DNA of 64,000 nucleotides from Octopus vulgaris (Eukaryota): NCBI GenBank assembly GCA_951406725.2, contig OX597835.1, positions 1,240,001 to 1,304,000 of the forward strand, read 5' to 3'. Shown piece by piece: positions 57,833 to 64,000 of this stretch (position 1 is its first letter; each line of letters starts with the position of its first letter). The notes under the pieces were generated by a model. It saw only the letters and a program-made list of their open reading frames with translations, ran no database searches and was not told where the DNA came from. The position numbers and the translations under genes were made by a program.

Positions 57833-60800
57833 ATGAGCTTCTTTCAGTTTCCGTCTATCAAATCCACTTATAAGGCTCTGGTTGGCCCAGGACTATAGCA
57901 GAAGACACTTGCCCAGGGTGCCACACTATGGGACTAAACCTGGAACCATGTAGCTGAGTAGAAAATCACCACAGCCATGCCTGTGTCCTCTAAGTGACCA
58001 CCCCACCACAAAAAAAAAAAAAGGAAAAAAATCGCCTAGATTTCCTATAACTCAAAACACAAGAGGTTGTTAGTAAATGTTCCGTTGTGTGGCTAAATAA
58101 CATGCAGCTGTTTAAAACCAACTATTTCTAGAAATATGAGATGCAAGTAGTGAGGCTGGTAAGCTTCTACTTATATCTAATTCTTTAGCATTCAGATTAC
58201 TGTCAAATGAAATGCTTATTTGTTCACTTTGGAATTTACTATGCATTACCTCATAGCTTCAAGATTTTGGTGGCATGATAGTTGATTTTTAGAATGGCAT
58301 TGCAGGGTAGGTGTGAGAGGTTGGATCTGGTCAGTCTGAACAATACACAGGTAGAATACTGGGTTGAACATGGCTAGTTTAACACTTTAGTATTTAAACT
58401 GGTTATATCCAGCCCAAAATATTTTACCTGTCTTTCATTCAAACTGGCTGGATCTGACCCCTCACACCTACCCCACAATGTCATTTTGAAAATAAACAAT
58501 CGTATCATCAAAATTTTGAAGCTACGAGATAATACATAAATTCAAAACAATGTGAATAAATAAGTGTTACATTTAAGAGAGTAGTCTGAACACAAAAGGG
58601 TTAAACCTCAGACATTATGCTGTGACTTCGAATATAGTTTACTGCTAGTATTTGCCTGTCTTATTGAAAAAGTATTACAGTTGGCATCAAAAACCTAATT
58701 AGAAAAACTTATGTAATGAGAACAAAAATTAGTTCAAAAATTAGTCCAGGGATGTTTTGGCATGTACAGGGCACAACTCTCGATGTTTCGGTCTTGATGC
58801 TTTTGTTACCATATTTCTGCTTAACCCTTTCATTACTGTATTTATTTTGAGATGCTCTGTGTTGCTTTCAATTACTTTAAATATAACAAAGAATTTAGTA
58901 AAACAACTTAGTCATCCTTCAGCCAGTGTTAGGAACATAAATTGTGACTAAGGTTTGGTGGAAGATCTTAATTCAAAACTTATGAAAACAAGACATTTGT
59001 ACTCAGACCCAGAGCCGTTTTCAGCCAGGTTGGTAACGAAAGGGTTAACTACACTGCTTCTGTTTGAATTAATTTTGAAAATAATAAAGGATTTAATAAA
59101 ATAATGTTATTGTCAATCTGGTATTTGGAAGATAAATTAACATGAAACTTTGTTGGAAAGTTTTTATTTAGAACACTTTAAAACAGAAAGTTTATATCAT
59201 AGGAGTGGTCTTGAGTTGGTTGGTCTTAATAGACTTCTTCAGTAAACCACCAACCACCCTATATGCCAAGGTCGTCAGGAGAGAATCATTAAATGAGTAT
59301 GCAATATTGTTTGGACAATTAACCATGACTTTGTTTGTTCATTTAACACCTGTTTGTCTAGCATGGTTGAAATAAATATATTGTTGAGGCATTGTTTACA
59401 GTTGGATGCCCTTCCAATCCATTAAACCCTTATTTTTCAAGTAAATTAGCTCTTATTTCGCATCTTCAAAGGTACAAAGTGACAACACAATACCACCCAT
59501 AACTTGCATCTTTTGTAGAGCAAATGTAAAGAGAGGTACACACACACACACACACACACACATACAACAAGCTTCTTTTTGTCGTCCACATTCACTCACA
59601 AGAATTTTGACCTATGATAGAGGACACTTGCCCAAAGTAACTGTGTAGTGAAACCAAATTCAAAATTCCATGATTAGGAAACCAACTTAACCAGAACCAT
59701 GCCTTTTTTTTGTTCTTTTCCTTTTAATGCGTTCATTTGAAAAATAGATTATCCTCTGCAATTGCAGAGAGTAAAACAAAAACCTGTGCTAAACTGCAAC
59801 ATTTTCTGACGAACCAAGAAAGCAAAACAAAATAAGATTCAATAAATCTTAATTCCAACAGGGATGAATAAACATGTTCAAACCTTGAGATAGTCTTGTC
59901 TTTGATTCTGTTTTAATTTTTCCAACACCACTAAGTTTCCTGCATCAATTCCATCAATATCATCTTTACTTTTGGTCTCTCTACCAAAAAAAAAAAAAAA
60001 AAAAAAAAAAAGCAAATATATAGAGATTGGCAATAATTAGGGATTATATTTGAAGGCAACAAGATTCTAGTCTTATTCACTAACTTCAATAGTTTTTATA
60101 AAGTACAAACAATATATTAAAATCTACAGAAGTAGGTAATTCTAAGATTTCAATTCAGTAGCCAACTCACCCTGGAACTTCCTCTTCCATCTCATAATGG
60201 AATTCTTCTTCATCATCATCAGAATCTTCTCGATTAGACCGAATGGCTTGGTTCTGAAAAATTTTATTACATATATCTTTTAATCTCTACAGTTTTACAA
60301 TACATACGTGTGTGTGTGTGTAGATAGATAGATATAGATATAGATATATAAATTTAGTGGTTAAAAAATAAACATCATAATTGGTCATACAACTTCAAAT
60401 CATCCCCATATGTTCACACCATCATCATCATTTAACGTTTCTTTTTCATGCTGGCATGGGTTGGACGGTTTGACTGAGGTCTGGAGAGCCAGAGGCTGCA
60501 CCAGGCTCCAATCTGATCTGGCAATATTTCTATAGATGGATGCCCTTCCCAATGCCAACCACTCAGGAGTGTAGTGGGTGCATTTTATGTGCGACCAGCA
60601 CAGGGGCCAGTCAAGTAAGTTTGGCATTGATTATGTTCGGACGGTGCTTTTTACGTGCCACCGGCATGGGGGCTAGTCGGGGGTACTGGCATGGAACACA
60701 GTCGGACGGTGCCTTTTACATACCACCGGCACAAGAGTCAGTCAGGGGACACTGGCCACAGCTACAATATCGGTTTTACTTGACTCAACAGGTTTTCTCA

Positions 60801-62135
60801 AGCATATTATATCACCCAACACATCAGGGGTTGGGGTGTTTAACACACAAAGCCCAAAAGGTATAAATATATATATATACACACACACACACATATATAA
60901 AAAAATGTGTGAAAACCTGTGAAAAAGCATATAAAGAAAAAAATATATGAAGAAAATCTGAATGTATATAGCAAGGCAATTAAAATAATATAGTTAGACT
61001 ATTAAATGTAAAGTGAATCCGGGATAATATTGTAATAATAATCCTGGATTACCAGAATGGGAAACCTCTCTGATGAAGATATATTTTTTTCATCTTGATG
61101 AAGGAGCCACTTCCGATTTGCTGTTTCAATGTGTAATGGATTGCAGCAGCCACAGATGGGGATTTATTCTGACATTATTCTGGATTCCTTTTTTGCTTTT
61201 GGACTTGACGACAATGGATGTTATCCTGGATTCACTTCACAATTAATAGTCTAACTATATTATTTTAATCACCTCACTATATACATTCACAATTTCTTCA
61301 TATATTTTTTTCTTCATATGCTTTTTCACAGGTTTCCACCCGTTTTTTAATATGTGTATATTTCTATACGTTTGGGCTTCATGTGCTAAACTCCTTGGCA
61401 TTTTAATATGTATTTATGGTGTGATGAATTGGGGTGATTGAAGTTATATCACCTCTGCAATAAAATACTTGTTCTTGTCCCTCTGTCATATTTTCACCAC
61501 CCAACATTTAGCACAAATCCACTTCATTTAATACTGCACCTGCACCCCACTCCGTCAAGGGGTCTTCCGAGTTAGTGGGTGGCCTCACTAGCGCCAGTGC
61601 CAGGAAAAAAGCATCCCATACACTCTGTAAAGTGGCTGGCATTAGGAAGGGTATCCAGCTGTAGAAAACCATGCCAAGATAAACAGCAGAGATTAATGCA
61701 GTCTTCTAGCTCACAGAATCCTATCAATCCATCCATGCCATGCCAGCATAAAACAGATACTAATCGGTGAGGCTGACAAAATTATCCATTCAATATAGCC
61801 CAGTCTCCGTTTCAGATCCTCTAACAATGTTAAACACATTACACTCAATTATTTTCTGATATGGTGACATCAAATGTTTTTGAACTGTAGACATTGCAAG
61901 AATATTCTGTAATTAGTGTTAGTGATAGAATAAAAACATGTTAATACAAATATTTCACACAGTTATTTTCGAAATATTTCATAACGCATCAAAGCAAATT
62001 GTAATAGTAAAGAAGGAAAGAAATGAAACTTACTTTTGCAGCAAGATCTCTGTCGATATTTGTCACTTCAAACGGAACTGGTACATTATGAAGTGAGCAG
62101 AGCTGTGTTAACAAAATTTTCACTTGATCTAATAT
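47728..62135 (-). CDS. UBE2Q: Ubiquitin-conjugating enzyme E2 Q family, last 10 coding exons; 5' exons lie beyond the window
   Basis: Exons 62135-62034, 60253-60171, 59980-59884, 56055-55971, 55637-55577, 55097-55007, 52866-52759, 51840-51745 (or 51730), 50451-50385 and 47759-47728 are all GT-AG and phase-compatible. Motifs: [29 protein letters not shown]...[24 protein letters not shown] (catalytic Cys) and [18 protein letters not shown]. Confidence 0.96.
56746..56791 (+). ncRNA. Minimal type I hammerhead-ribozyme motif in a Penelope-like terminal repeat
   Basis: GACAC-CTGAAGA-a-GGCTGG agggtata TCAGCT-GAAA-C-GTT-GTGTT: intact core, stems I and II pair, palindromic AACGTT stem III. An inverted copy of the downstream sequence lies at 56631-56685. 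Confidence 0.8.
60836..61393. repeat. ~190-bp imperfect inverted repeat with ~190-bp spacer (foldback or Penelope-like remnant)
   Basis: ATATAGTTAGACTATTAAATGTAAAGTGAATCCGGGATAA (~60989-61027) pairs with TTATCCTGGATTCACTTCACAATTAATAGTCTAACTATAT (~61221-61260). Pairing extends outward to AAGCCCAAA / TTTGGGCTT. Confidence 0.8.
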
Positions 62136-62802
62136 CTGAAAATTAAAACAAAAACATATGGCTTTACTTTAGTGAGAGAGAAAAAAAACAAACAAAAACA
62201 AGTCGAAAATTGCTTATGATAGATAACAAAAGGAATGTTATTCTTTCAACATGGTTGGGTTAATCCAAGCTTATATCTTGGTGGAATGGCTCAACAGAAG
62301 CAGTAAGATCTCAGGAGAGATTTACTTGCAATTTGTCTGCACATGAGTGTGTGCAAATCAGAGTCAAGAGTAGAAGATACCTGCCCAAGGTGCCACATAG
62401 AGAGACCAAACCTGGGACCACGTGGTTGGGAAGCAATCTTCTTAACACAGCCACGCCTACAACTATAATAAAGGATATCATAAACTATCAATATGAAGTT
62501 GATATTTGGAACGTTGTATCGCACATTTGACGTACGATGCAACGGGAAAATAAATAACTTCCTCACAAATCATTCTACTCAAGATACACAATACTTGTAA
62601 TTACACTCAACAACATGCAACTCCCAGCTTTACACAACTCACCGATTTTCCACACTCTCTGTGAATGTCCATTTATATTGTGGCACAGTCCATTAGGAGC
62701 CAACCATGTAGGGGTGTTCTACTTCCACAGAACACCTTCCCCTTTTGAGAGTGGCTTTGTCCTTTTTTTTCATCTATTTATTCTTTTATTTTTATCATAA
62801 TT

Positions 62803-63690
62803 TTATTTCCTTGGTGAGAAACTGGCACACCTCTTTCTCTTGGCCTTAATTTCCAGCATTTCTGTATGTTTTCTTTTCCTGTTTGACCTACGTGTCGGTT
62901 CTGCTTTCACTTGTGGTTCTGGGACCTCAAACATGTCATACCAAATATCCATTGGCTCATCTCTGATTGGCACTCGTGCCAGTGGAACATTAAAATGTGC
63001 CAGTGGCACGTGAGAAACAACATTTGAACATGGTCGTTGCCAGTGTCGCCAGACTGGCTCCCGTGCAGGTGGCACATAAAAAGCACCCACTACACTCTCG
63101 GAGTGGTTGGCATTAGGAAGGGCATCCAGCTGTAGAAACTTTGCCAGACCAGATTGAGTCTGGTGCAGCCTCTGGCTCAAAGTCCTCAGTCAAACTGTCC
63201 AACCCATGCCAGCATGGCAAGTGGACATTAGACGATGATGATGATACGTTTTAAAATACACTTTATCACCTGTGTTAGAAAATTTTGTTCTACTTCCCGA
63301 ATTTTGTATTTTCCATTTTCTACTCGGCAACAATTTGTCAAACACAGAACGAATCTTTCTGAAGAACATCAAATCTACCCAACAGTATTTGAATTCGGTG
63401 TTATTCTGTACATGTGTAAGAACTTTGTCATATTTCTATCTCCAAAAGCTTCCTGTCTGGTCCTTCTTAAGGTTCTCTTGAATGTGTCGACGAATCTTTC
63501 CACTGACCTGTTTGACCTTGGATGTTCATGTGTGGAGTTCACACATGCTTCATCTGGACTGACTGACAGAATTTTTTGAATTCCTCTGCCGTGAACTGTG
63601 TGTCATTAATCCCCATCATGCTTCCACCCATTCACAATGTTTGTCCTGAATCTCAACAAAGTCAAGTCTGAAAATGCATGAAAAGCTTGC
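62803..63690 (-). mobile_element. Gypsy/Ty3 LTR-retrotransposon integrase remnant, interrupted by a retroposon at ~62962-63243
   Basis: Minus translation near 63400-63530: HPRSNRSVERFVDTFKRTLRR...KFLHMYRITPNS, resembling the Gypsy integrase motif HPQSNGQAERFVDTFKR...FL..YR.TP. Contains stops. Confidence 0.75.
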
Positions 63691-64000
63691 AATGGCAGGT
63701 AATCACTAATTTAATTGGCAAAGTTTCAGAAATTGGATCTTCTCCATTTTGACAGGGATAAAACCAATTATTTTTCGTCACACCCTTGAAAATAGGGAAA
63801 AAGCTTTTTATGAATAACGAAAATTTTCAAAAATTCTGGATTTTTTTTAAGACAAGATTTCAACCAATTCAGTGACCAATTCAAATTGTCATATTTCCGA
63901 AAATATTCATCCAAAGTTCACAAATGAAGTATCAAGATGTTTCTTTTTGGATGTTCTCCAAGAAAAAAGTACAGTAGAAGTTAGATTTAAATGTTTTCAA

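Noticed and set aside
62803-63180. 125-aa ORF with a basic NLS-like tail as a UBE2Q exon
   Set aside because: Chimera of a dispersed retroposon and the end of a Gypsy pol remnant, with no UBE2Q similarity.

Overview
AT-rich, repeat-dense animal genomic DNA. The tRNA-derived SINE families and microsatellite load suggest a cephalopod, probably Octopus (inference). Genes reconstructed by hand from splice sites and reading phase: (1) an intronless importin-7/8-like CDS, minus strand, running off the left edge; (2) a small secreted cysteine-knot (agatoxin/knottin-like) precursor gene, minus strand, 7175-15123, which the ORF track shows only in fragments; (3) a 7-exon CCDC166-like gene, minus; (4) 4-exon LSM11, plus, head-to-head with CCDC166; (5) the last 10 exons of UBE2Q, minus. 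Main highlight: the knottin gene has one set of signal and propeptide exons but two tandemly duplicated mature-peptide exons. The two 53-aa peptides differ at 20 positions while their non-coding flanks are almost identical, a toxin-like diversification pattern. Second highlight: several hammerhead-ribozyme motifs of the Penelope-element type, including a perfect 210-bp palindrome centred on a hammerhead stem. The rest is LINE, Tc1/mariner and Gypsy remnants, SINEs, and very long (GAA)n and (AT)n tracts. All identifications come from reading the sequence and recalling family motifs; no database search was run.
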